In this document: piece by piece, positions 29,672-40,974 of the stretch
How the letters are laid out: each line of letters opens with the position of its first letter
Numbering within the stretch: position 1 is the stretch's first letter
Assembly (NCBI GenBank): GCA_963786935.1
Contig: CAWBAN010000001.1
Location: forward strand, 1,184,001 to 1,248,000
Source: an uncultured bacterium
Lineage (GTDB): Bacteria > Krumholzibacteriota > Krumholzibacteriia > Krumholzibacteriales > Krumholzibacteriaceae
Direction of reading: 5' to 3'
DNA length: 64,000 nt
Program-made: the position numbers and the translations under genes
The notes under the pieces: generated by a model
Seen by the model: only the letters and a program-made list of their open reading frames with translations
Told to the model about the DNA's origin: nothing
The model's database searches: none

Positions 29672-30561
29672 ACGTCTCCGAAAACGTCGTCGATCGGCAT
29701 GAAGGCATAATCGAATCTCAAATTCTTATAGGCGACGCCGAAACCGCACGTCAGGCCCTGCATCTCGTAGTTGGATTTGTAGCCGGCGCGCAGCGAGAGC
29801 AGCTCCCGGTAATTGTACTCCAGCCCCATGTGCAGCTTGGTCGTGCCGTCGTTCGGAAATACCGCGTCGGCGGCGGCGATGACGCCGCCCATGAGCCACT
29901 CGGCGTCGTAGCGGTACGCCGCGCCTCCCCTGAGCTGGAACGGAGGATAGAACTTCTCCTCGACGAACTTGGCCTGCGGGCCGAGGTTGAGCATCGACGC
30001 CGCGAGCGTGAGCCCTTCGATCATGCTCCGGTGAACGATCCCCGCGTCGAAGGCCCAGCCCGTCGCCGATTCGAAATCGATCTTCTCGTAGATGAGCTTT
30101 CCGGTGACCCCCGCCGATAGATTCGGCAGGACGTCCATCGCGTAGCCCGCCGAGAAAGACAGGTCGTACGGGGAGAACGATCCGTCGGGAACGAGCGCGG
30201 GATAATCGGGGTAGCGGTCCATCTCCCCGTAGGAGAGCCCGGTGAAGTTGATCCCGACCGCGCCGCCGAGCATCTCGTTGACGATCGAGATCTGCTCGAA
30301 GCGCACGTCCATGAGCCACTCGGAATGGGTCACGTCCAGCTCGACGCCGTGGGCGCTCGCCATCCCGGCCGGATTGTAATAGATGCTCGTCGCGTCGGTC
30401 GCGACCGCGGTGTATGCCTCACCCATCCCGAGCGGGCGGGCGCCGTTGCCGAGGCGCAGGAAGAGAAAGCCGCTCGTGCCGGCCTCACCGGCGTGAAGAC
30501 CGGCGCACGGAAGAGCGACGGCGGCGGCGATCAAGACCGCTATCGAGATTCTCCGGATCAT
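29632..30561 (-). CDS. PorV/PorQ-like outer-membrane barrel (T9SS-associated family)
   Basis: FLRLGNGARPLGMGEAYTAVATDATSIYYNPAG; alternating beta strands; ends FDYAF...HRFSL. Confidence 0.8.
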   Translation of the reverse strand: MIRRISIAVLIAAAVALPCAGLHAGEAGTSGFLFLRLGNGARPLGMGEAYTAVATDATSIYYNPAGMASAHGVELDVTHSEWLMDVRFEQISIVNEMLGGAVGINFTGLSYGEMDRYPDYPALVPDGSFSPYDLSFSAGYAMDVLPNLSAGVTGKLIYEKIDFESATGWAFDAGIVHRSMIEGLTLAASMLNLGPQAKFVEEKFYPPFQLRGGAAYRYDAEWLMGGVIAAADAVFPNDGTTKLHMGLEYNYRELLSLRAGYKSNYEMQGLTCGFGVAYKNLRFDYAFMPIDDVFGDVHRFSLNVFSPGR

Positions 30562-30587
30562 GTTCCCTCCCGATTGCTCATACGATA

Positions 30588-30616
30588 ATAGTAATCCTTC
30601 GCGCTCCGGCGGTCAA
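30588..30616 (-). promoter_or_regulatory. sigma70-type promoter for the PorV-like gene
   Basis: TTGACC-17-TACTAT. Confidence 0.6.
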
Positions 30617-30666
30617 CGTTTGATGCATTCCGTGTGCGCCCTTCAGGCGCGGTCCGGAGAAGGCGC

Positions 30667-33600
30667 CTATCGAATCACGGCGAATTTCTTCGCCCCGGTC
30701 CAATTCCAGCCGTCGCCGGCGGCCTCGATGCGGCAGATATAGACGCCGCCCGAGAACGCCGCTGTCGAGAAGCTCGTCTCGAACGGAACGGCGCTCCCCG
30801 CGAACCACGAATGGTCGAGTGTCCGTTCGGCGACCTTCTCTCCTTCCATATTGAATATGGTCACCGTCACGCGCGCCGGGGCCGACACGAGCACCCTCGC
30901 CGTTACCTGCGACCCTTCCGCGGGATTCGGATACATGATAAACGTGGCCTCGTCGACGTTCTCCGCGCGCGGGTGTTCGGGCGCGCCCTGATTATCCTGT
31001 CGCGCCGATCCGTATGAATCGTGCCGGTGCATGCGCCACATCTGGCGGGCAACGGCGACCTCGATCCCTGGATCATATCTTCTGACCGCGGATACGGCAC
31101 CGGCGGTCGCGCCCGTCCCACCGCCCCCCGCATACGGTATCGCGGCCGCGCAATCGACGATGTAGAGCCCGCTCGATTCCCCCCAGAGAAGGGTAAGGGA
31201 TCCGCCCCGTGCCCCCTCCCCCGCCAGCGGCCAGCCGCCGGTCTCTCTCCCGCCGAAATCGAACGAGTGAATATCTCCCGCAATGAGGAACAGGACTTCC
31301 CTCGCGCCGTCCTCGTTGATATCGCCGACGACGGGAGCCGGAACGGAGACGAGATCCTCGCGTCCGACGACCGCTTCGTCGAGCGCGCGCGGCCATCCCC
31401 TCGCCGGAACGCCGAATCCCGAAAAGAGCATGCAGCGCGACTCGTCGCGGAGAGCGGTCTCGAGGGTTCCGTCCCCGTCGACATCGGAGAGCGCGGGCGC
31501 CGAATAGCGGCCTCCCCGCATGCGGGCTGATCGAACGGCCCCTTCCGTCTCGTAATAGAAGAGCCCCTCCCCGTCGACCGCCGCCACCATCTCGTCCTTT
31601 CCATTTCCATCGATGTCCCCCGCCGAAATCGTCAGGAGCGTGTTCGGCTTCTTGTATAATCCCACTGCTTGCGTGACGACGTTCGCCGGATCGATCGACA
31701 TCGCTCCGCTCGTCCCCGTCGGCACGATGATGTCCCATACGGCCACGGGGATGAAATTGAAACAGAGGCCGCGATCGGCGTCGTACGTGGCGATGTAATC
31801 GCCGACAATCTGATGACCCTCGTCCGGTGTGATGACCTTGATGATCCCGGAGGCGGGGTGCGATACGATCTGCCCTTTCATGATGCCGATCTCATAGCCC
31901 ATGGGCCCCCGCCGAACCCATCCCGGCCCCGGCGACGTCCCTTCGTTCGTGAGCACCAGGAGATACGTGCTGTCGGCGGTCGACGAGAACGCGAGAATCT
32001 GATTGCCCGCGCCCACGATGAGCGTCGAGGCCGCGTCGCCGTGAAGCTTGAGCGTCCCCGGCGTGTCGTCGTCATCGATGGGCATCGATGCGCCGGAAAA
32101 ATCGTACGCGTGGAGGATCCCCCCCGCCGAGGTGATATACATTTCCTCCCTGTCCGAATAGAACTGGGCGCTCTTGACGGGAGATGACGTCCAAGCTCCT
32201 CCATTCGCGATGGGCAGCTTTTCGACCGTTCCATCCCATGCGGGAAGGCCCACGTCGGCACAATAGATGCTCGCCGAGTCTGCCGCGATGAGGAGCCGCT
32301 CGTGACTTTCGCCGGGCAGCTGCACGGCGATCGGGCTCAGCCACGAGATGTCCGCCGTGAGCTCGCCTCGGACGAAATCCATCACCGGCGAGAAACGGGT
32401 CCGGAAGGTCATGAAATGCCCGGCCGCCGAGATCTCGTCGAGCTCGATTCCGGTCGGCGCGCCGGCGTTGTCTTCGCTCGCCGGATTCGTGTCGGGCCCG
32501 AAGCGGTCGTTGTTGCCGCTCCGGTAAGAATCGTGGAAGCTGCCGTACGCGAAGCTCCCGACCGGCCGGTCGAGGTCCTGCACGTGATCGGCCTCCTCGA
32601 GGTCGACCCCTTTCCAGTCGCGGTCGTCGTTCGGGTAGCCCCCCGAATCGAGGGCGCGCCGCAGGGCCGCCTCGTCGACGTGATAAATCATGAGACCGCT
32701 CCCCGTGATGACGCTGTCGGGGCCGGCGCTGAGATTCGTCGTCGCCGTGAGGAAGTAGTCGAACTCGGTTCCCCGCAGCGTATCGGGATTATCGGGGATG
32801 CCGTTCTCGTTCATATCGATGAAATCGAACCGCCCGTTGAAGTTCGTGTCGTGAACCCGGTTCTCGACGAGGTAGTACTCGGAGACGTTGATCGGGATTT
32901 TCAGAAGGGTCGTATCCACCGATCCGCCGGTGTTCACGTCCGCGAGTCGAAACGCTCCATCGTGTTCGACGACAACCGGTTCGAGCCAGCCCATAAGGTA
33001 CCGGTTGAACGCCGACGGGAACGCCGGAACGAAGCCGAGTGCGTTGTAGATGCCGTAGCTCATGAGATCGAAGTTGCCGATTCCCTGTGAATCGGGATAC
33101 GGGTCGGGAGTGGTGTCGTAGAGCGGCAGCATCCCGAGCCTGAGCCCGACCTGATACGCGCAGAGCCCGAGCGAGCCGAAGGTGTATCCGTCCTGCGACG
33201 ATTCCTCGGGCCAGACCATGAGATTGTCGATCTGGAACGGCTCCCCGCCCGCGAGGTCGTCGGTCGGAACGCCCGGCGTGCCGAGCGTGCCCTCGAGCGC
33301 CTCCTCCATCTCGCGCGGATTGACGAAGCCGGAGGCGATTTGATAGTCGGAGTCCTCGTTGAAATCGGTCTCCTGCCCCGGATCGGCGTGGATGATCGCG
33401 AAGGCGTCGTAGCGGGAGAAATCGACCGCGGCGTCGGTATGAGCGACGACCTCGACGAGAAGCTCGGCCATTCGCTCTTTCCAGAGATCGTCGTCGCCGT
33501 AGTAAGCCTCAGGCCTGCTCAGCGCGACCGTCGACGGGTGGAGCGTCGCGCTCAAATGAAAGATGTCTCTCGACGCGCCGAGAAAGTACTCCCCGAGATG

Positions 33601-33870
33601 CCGCAGCTCGTTGTCGAAATACGCGGCGTCGTGGCCCGGGGCGAAACCGCTGTCGGCGAACGAGACCATGAACACGATCACCTTCAGCGAATCGACGCGA
33701 GCGCCCCCGCCGCGGAGGAGCCGGTCGACGGCGCTCCGCTGATACGGTCCGACGCTCTGGCCCCGCGGATGCGCGGCCCGGGGCGCCGCGGGCGCGGCCG
33801 ATCGGCCGAACGCCGGCCCCGGGATCAGGAATCCGGCGATCAGGGAAAGCACGAGAATCGCTCTTCTCAT
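30667..33870 (-). CDS. M6 (immune inhibitor A)-like protein with degenerate active site, FG-GAP repeats and T9SS-type CTD
   Basis: IIHADPGQE, GIGNFDLMSYG, EYYLVENR, GLMIYHVD; DIDGNGKDE, DVDGDGTLE and DINEDGARE repeats; YPNPA...GVYICRI...KKFAVIR. Confidence 0.8.
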   Translation of the reverse strand: MRRAILVLSLIAGFLIPGPAFGRSAAPAAPRAAHPRGQSVGPYQRSAVDRLLRGGGARVDSLKVIVFMVSFADSGFAPGHDAAYFDNELRHLGEYFLGASRDIFHLSATLHPSTVALSRPEAYYGDDDLWKERMAELLVEVVAHTDAAVDFSRYDAFAIIHADPGQETDFNEDSDYQIASGFVNPREMEEALEGTLGTPGVPTDDLAGGEPFQIDNLMVWPEESSQDGYTFGSLGLCAYQVGLRLGMLPLYDTTPDPYPDSQGIGNFDLMSYGIYNALGFVPAFPSAFNRYLMGWLEPVVVEHDGAFRLADVNTGGSVDTTLLKIPINVSEYYLVENRVHDTNFNGRFDFIDMNENGIPDNPDTLRGTEFDYFLTATTNLSAGPDSVITGSGLMIYHVDEAALRRALDSGGYPNDDRDWKGVDLEEADHVQDLDRPVGSFAYGSFHDSYRSGNNDRFGPDTNPASEDNAGAPTGIELDEISAAGHFMTFRTRFSPVMDFVRGELTADISWLSPIAVQLPGESHERLLIAADSASIYCADVGLPAWDGTVEKLPIANGGAWTSSPVKSAQFYSDREEMYITSAGGILHAYDFSGASMPIDDDDTPGTLKLHGDAASTLIVGAGNQILAFSSTADSTYLLVLTNEGTSPGPGWVRRGPMGYEIGIMKGQIVSHPASGIIKVITPDEGHQIVGDYIATYDADRGLCFNFIPVAVWDIIVPTGTSGAMSIDPANVVTQAVGLYKKPNTLLTISAGDIDGNGKDEMVAAVDGEGLFYYETEGAVRSARMRGGRYSAPALSDVDGDGTLETALRDESRCMLFSGFGVPARGWPRALDEAVVGREDLVSVPAPVVGDINEDGAREVLFLIAGDIHSFDFGGRETGGWPLAGEGARGGSLTLLWGESSGLYIVDCAAAIPYAGGGGTGATAGAVSAVRRYDPGIEVAVARQMWRMHRHDSYGSARQDNQGAPEHPRAENVDEATFIMYPNPAEGSQVTARVLVSAPARVTVTIFNMEGEKVAERTLDHSWFAGSAVPFETSFSTAAFSGGVYICRIEAAGDGWNWTGAKKFAVIR

Positions 33871-33937
33871 AGGCCGATCATTCTAACTTGTGCGAGGTGA
33901 ATTCTTCAAGGCCTATATAGCCCGTATAAAAGAATCT

Positions 33938-33996
33938 GGGGAGAGTGAAGATCTTGTGCCGCCCCTGTACGACATTTTGATTTCTTCACTCTCCCC
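33938..33996 (-). terminator. Long stem-loop (terminator or structured RNA) after the FN3 lipoprotein gene
   Basis: 14-bp perfect inverted repeat GGGGAGAGTGAAGA/TCTTCACTCTCCCC with an internal sub-stem; followed by AGATTCTTTT. Confidence 0.6.
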
Positions 33997-34046
33997 TTCG
34001 GCCGACCTTCGTGGGTAACACGAACTTTGTATCGCTTGCCAGCGCT

Positions 34047-35015
34047 CTACTCGGTGGTTTGTCCTGTCCCTGAGTCCCGAGTCCGTGTCGCCCTCTCAAC
34101 GATGGGGGGATCGCTGAATCTATCGGTCAGCTTGGCTTCCGTATTCAGCCCGGGCAGTTCGCCGCTCTTCGGCGTCGATGCAAGCGCGCCCGTTCCGCGG
34201 CCCGGGGCGGGAGGGGCAAGGTCCGGATTTCCGGGGTCGGTCTGAAACGCCCAGTAGAAGGTGACGGCCGCGGGCGTGACCGACGTGATATAGAGCTTCG
34301 CGTAGTGCTCGTCGCTTCCTTCGACGAGCTTGAGCATATACATGTGGCGCGCAACCGCCTCGACCGAACCGGACGGCGCCCATCCGTCGTCGGGCGCGTA
34401 CGTGATGGCGTCGAAGTTCGACGCGTATCCGTAATCCTGGATCTGCGCTCCGGCGCGGTAGGCGACGAACCGCTGGACGCCCGCGTCGTCCATGAAGTAG
34501 AAATCGGTCGTGGGATCGTTCCAGGACTGTGTGTTGTCCGCGAGATCCGGATAGAAGTCGAAGCCGCTCTGCGCCGGGAGGGCGTTGCGGTCGTACAGCG
34601 TGACCTGCCCCTCGGGGCGCGGCGTTCCGCTCACGACCTCCTCGACGATGAGATCGCTCTCGAGATTGCCCTGGTCGAACGCGGACACGGCGTAGAAATA
34701 ATGGGTGCCGTTCCCCGTATCCAGATCCTCGTAGCAGTACTCCACGGGCTCCGACGGATCTACGTTGATGGTTCCGATCGGCGAATACTCTCCGTAGAGG
34801 GACGTCGAACGGTACACGTTATAGCCCGCCATGTCGGATTCGTAGTTGGCGACCCAGCAGACCAGGACGGTCCCGTCGTAATTCACCGAATAAACCCCGC
34901 GCGGCGACGTCGGCGCGATGTTGGTCGGAACGCACACGACTTCGTCGTCCTCGCAGGAAATCACGACCAGCATCAGTATCGAGAGCATCATCACTATGCG
35001 GTTCATCTTCTTCAT
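34047..35015 (-). CDS. Lipoprotein with fibronectin type III-like domain
   Basis: Lipobox VIS-C; APTSPRG...W...ESDMAGYNVYRS...YFYAVSAFDQGNLES; start at 35015 or 35006. Confidence 0.85.
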   Translation of the reverse strand: MKKMNRIVMMLSILMLVVISCEDDEVVCVPTNIAPTSPRGVYSVNYDGTVLVCWVANYESDMAGYNVYRSTSLYGEYSPIGTINVDPSEPVEYCYEDLDTGNGTHYFYAVSAFDQGNLESDLIVEEVVSGTPRPEGQVTLYDRNALPAQSGFDFYPDLADNTQSWNDPTTDFYFMDDAGVQRFVAYRAGAQIQDYGYASNFDAITYAPDDGWAPSGSVEAVARHMYMLKLVEGSDEHYAKLYITSVTPAAVTFYWAFQTDPGNPDLAPPAPGRGTGALASTPKSGELPGLNTEAKLTDRFSDPPIVERATRTRDSGTGQTTE

Positions 35016-35028
35016 GCCCTTCCCTATC

Positions 35029-35043
35029 GCAACCTGCATGCCA
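35029..35043 (-). promoter_or_regulatory. sigma54 -24/-12 promoter
   Basis: TGGCATGCAGGTTGC = GG-N10-GC, close to the TGGCAC-N5-TTGC consensus. Confidence 0.6.
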
Positions 35044-35205
35044 TGAACGCGACGATTCGAAATTCGGCGGCGATCCGGTCGCGCGATGCCCGGTAACTGT
35101 TTTCAAACAAAGATGTTGTTGATGAATGAAAAAATGCGCGGGAACGGCAGGAGAGAATTCCCGTTTCGCCGGGCGATCAAAATCTGTCGTCCGATTTCTA
35201 CAACC

Positions 35206-35225
35206 TTGTCCTATTCGAAGGACAA
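35206..35225. promoter_or_regulatory. Palindrome, candidate activator (UAS) site
   Basis: TTGTCCT-N6-AGGACAA (TGT-N12-ACA), ~170 bp upstream of the sigma54 site. Confidence 0.4.
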
Positions 35226-35307
35226 TCGAGGAGCCGTCGCGGGAAGGTCAAAGGTCAGCGGAGCCGGTTCGTGCGGCGCCGGAGGACCCGGCTTTCGATG
35301 CGAGGAG

Positions 35308-35409
35308 AAAAAAAGAACCAGGGGTATAAGACGCGAGCACCGGAGGGGATGTCCATACTCGCTTTCCTTGGGATCTCGCCATTCCAAAGGTTACTTATAC
35401 CCCTGACAC
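35308..35409 (-). ncRNA. Candidate ~100-nt three-way-junction small RNA
   Basis: 12-bp closing stem CAGGGGTATAAG/CTTATACCCCTG, two internal hairpins, U7 tail and its own upstream promoter. Confidence 0.6.
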
Positions 35410-35415
35410 GAAATA

Positions 35416-35443
35416 ATCATATCAGGCCTTGGAAATTGGTCAA
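35416..35443 (-). promoter_or_regulatory. sigma70-type promoter for the candidate sRNA
   Basis: TTGACC-16-TATGAT with TGn extension. Confidence 0.55.
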
Positions 35444-35459
35444 GCTATTTTTGGATAAA

Positions 35460-35610
35460 TAATATTAAACGGAGAGATACCTACCATTCCTTGTCCTAAG
35501 AGACCCCACCTTTTCCCCTGATCGCTCCAGGAGAGCCTAACGCGACAAGGAAGTTCAGTACCTCTCCGCTTCGCCGATTCCCCTCCGCCAACCGATACCT
35601 GCTACCATCC
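35460..35610 (-). ncRNA. Candidate ~150-nt small RNA with a long interrupted hairpin
   Basis: CGGAGAGGTAC/GTATCTCTCCG and TTCCTTGTC/GACAAGGAA stems, inner CCTG/CAGG hairpin, AU-rich tail. Confidence 0.5.
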
Positions 35611-35618
35611 GGGTACAT

Positions 35619-35682
35619 ATCAATCCCCGTTCCAGTATCGCGGGAGCGGGCCATTTTTTGCCTGCATCGCAATATATTGATT
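35619..35682 (-). promoter_or_regulatory. sigma54-like promoter with upstream IHF site
   Basis: TGGAACGGGGATTGAT (GG-N10-GA variant) at 35619-35634; exact WATCAANNNNTTR match AATCAATATATTG at 35670-35682. Confidence 0.45.
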
Positions 35683-35943
35683 CATAACATGTTACGCCGT
35701 CGCGCAAAACAGCGCGCGGCGCCGAGCCCGCCCCTCTCCGGATCTCCTCAAAAGATCCTTTATACAAACGCGGCCATGCGAGGAAACATGCGCTCCATCA
35801 AGCGATTCCGGATGTCAAGAAGCTTAATAGGTGCTGGATCGAAGGTTCACAATCGCCCCTCCCGGACCGCCATGCCCGAGGACGGGGCGTGAAAATAGCG
35901 GAGAAAAAATGCGCTCATTCGAAAATGGATGATTGGAAAGCGC

Positions 35944-39009
<3,066 letters not shown>

Positions 39010-39042
39010 CGGTTACTCCAAGGGGAATGGTCGGCGAACCAT

Positions 39043-39390
39043 TTACCTGCAAACCGATTTACGCGCTTCGGACCCTTGCTCATCGGGCCCGACCACACCG
39101 CCACCGGTCAGCTTGTTGATCGGCTTCCATTCGGTGACGTCGCTCCCTCGGCCGTTTCCGTAATCATCCGCATCTCCGCCCACGAATCCGCTCGCGCCGC
39201 CGCCGCTGTTCGCCGGCATGACGCTTTCCGGCGCGACGATCATCCCTCTGACCAGAAACATGTTCCGGCAGAGGAACGTCATCATCGATTGCATCCGGTA
39301 TTCCAAAGAGGAACGCGCAGCAAGAACAGGGGAGGAAACGAGGGTTGATAGAATCAGAAGCGTCGACAGGAGCAAAACCAGCTTCTTCAT
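39043..39390 (-). CDS. Small secreted protein, putative signalling-peptide precursor
   Basis: 115 aa; AAGGAGG RBS; Sec signal MKKLVLLLSTLLILSTLVSSPVLA; Gly-flanked acidic core GGDADDYG. Confidence 0.75.
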   Translation of the reverse strand: MKKLVLLLSTLLILSTLVSSPVLAARSSLEYRMQSMMTFLCRNMFLVRGMIVAPESVMPANSGGGASGFVGGDADDYGNGRGSDVTEWKPINKLTGGGVVGPDEQGSEARKSVCR

Positions 39391-39460
39391 GCTTCCATCT
39401 CCTCCTTATGAAACCCGCAGGTTCCATAACACACACCACAGAACCCCAAGCACCATAATT

Positions 39461-39489
39461 ATAGTAATGCCCGGGGAGTCCGAAGTCAA
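39461..39489 (-). promoter_or_regulatory. sigma70-type promoter for the peptide/TPR-activator pair
   Basis: TTGACT-17-TACTAT (TATAAT overlapping). Confidence 0.6.
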
Positions 39490-39510
39490 ATATTTATTCG
39501 GAAACCGCGA

Positions 39511-39536
39511 TAAAAAATCGCCGTTTAGGCGATTTT
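39511..39536 (-). terminator. Terminator after the response regulator gene
   Basis: AAAATCGCC-TAAAC-GGCGATTTT followed by further Ts. Confidence 0.55.
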
Positions 39537-39594
39537 CGGGGGTCGCGCGGGTCTGGGTGGAACCACTCATTCAGATATAGGAAAAATATCGAGA

Positions 39595-40974
39595 TTAATC
39601 GTCGTCGGTGGACGCATCCTGCCGGAATTCGATGCCGTATTTTTCGAGCTTCTTGTACAGGTTGCTCCGCTGCATGTCGAGCTGGCGAGCGGTCCGAGAG
39701 ACGTTTCCCCCGTTCTCCCGCAGCTTTTTCACGAGGTATTCCTTCTCCATGAAGTCCTTGAATTCCTGGTAGGTCTTGAGGCCGAACGGATCCTTTCGCG
39801 CGTCCTCCTCTCGGACGAGCGCCAGCGCCGGCAGATCGTCGCGGCCGATCGTCTCGGACATGGTGAGAATGCAGAGACGCTCGATGAGGTTCCGCAGCTC
39901 CCGCACGTTTCCGGGCCAGGAGTAATCCATGAGGGCGTCGAGCGCGCCGGCGGAGAGCTTCTTGGGAGCGCGCCCGAGCTCGGCGGCGACTTCGTCGAGG
40001 AAATACTCCGCGAGGATCTTGATATCGGTCTTCCGCTCGCGCAGCGACGGGATGCGGATCGGGACGACGTTCAGGCGATAATACAGATCCTCCCTGAACT
40101 TCATGCGGGCCGCTTCCTCGAGGAGCGACTTGTTCGTCGCCGCGAGCACCCGCACGTCGACATGCTTCGTCTCCGTGCCGCCCACCCGCTCGAACGCCGA
40201 TTCCTGGAGCACGCGCAGCACCTTCGCCTGCGCCGAGAGGCTCATGTCCCCCACCTCGTCGAGAAACAGCGTTCCGCCGTCCGCGAGCTCGAACTTGCCG
40301 ATGCGCTGCGATATCGCGCCGGTGAACGAGCCTTTCTCGTGGCCGAAGAGCTCGCTCTCGATGAGGTCCTCGGGAATCGCCGCGCAGTTGACTTCGATGA
40401 ACGGCTCCTCGACGCGATTGGAGAGCTCGTGGAGCTTCCGGGCGACGAGCTCCTTCCCCGTGCCGTTTTCCCCCATGATGAGCACGCGCGCCGGGGTCGG
40501 CGCGACGCGCCTGATCGTTTCCATGATGGCGAGCATCTCGGGGTGCTCGCCGATGATATTTGTCTTGATGCCGATCTTCTTCTGGAGCTGGACGTTCTGA
40601 CGCGTGAGCTCGGCCTGGTTGATGCCGTTGCGGACCGTCAGCAGGAGCCGTTCCATGTCGATCGGCTTCTCGAGAAAATCGAACGCGCCGAGCTTCGTCG
40701 CGTCGACCGCGGTGGCGATAGTGCCGTGCCCCGAAATGATGATGACGGGGAGTTCGGGCCGCAGATCCTTGAGCTTGCCGAGGACCTCGAGGCCGTCCAT
40801 CCCCGGCATCTTGATGTCGAGCAGCACGACGTCGATGCGCTCGCTCGAGGCGAGGTCGAGAGCGGCCGCGCCGTCCGCGGCCGTGAACGTCTTGTACTTC
40901 TCGTACGAGAGCAGCCGCTCGAGCGAGCTTCTGATGCTCTCCTCGTCGTCGACGATCAGAACCCGTTTGCTCAT
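39595..40974 (-). CDS. NtrX/NtrC-family sigma54 response regulator (REC-AAA+-HTH)
   Basis: Start MSKRVLIVDDE at 40974; LLDIKMP, ISGHG, GENGTGKE, GSFTGA, WPGNVREL, HTH. Confidence 0.93.
   Translation of the reverse strand: MSKRVLIVDDEESIRSSLERLLSYEKYKTFTAADGAAALDLASSERIDVVLLDIKMPGMDGLEVLGKLKDLRPELPVIIISGHGTIATAVDATKLGAFDFLEKPIDMERLLLTVRNGINQAELTRQNVQLQKKIGIKTNIIGEHPEMLAIMETIRRVAPTPARVLIMGENGTGKELVARKLHELSNRVEEPFIEVNCAAIPEDLIESELFGHEKGSFTGAISQRIGKFELADGGTLFLDEVGDMSLSAQAKVLRVLQESAFERVGGTETKHVDVRVLAATNKSLLEEAARMKFREDLYYRLNVVPIRIPSLRERKTDIKILAEYFLDEVAAELGRAPKKLSAGALDALMDYSWPGNVRELRNLIERLCILTMSETIGRDDLPALALVREEDARKDPFGLKTYQEFKDFMEKEYLVKKLRENGGNVSRTARQLDMQRSNLYKKLEKYGIEFRQDASTDDD

Noticed and set aside
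35349..35462. 37-aa plus-strand ORF MSILAFLGISPFQRLL... antisense to the sRNA candidate (type I toxin?)
   Set aside because: GGAGG is only 2 nt from the ATG, there is no clear TM helix, and no plus-strand promoter was found; not excluded but unsupported
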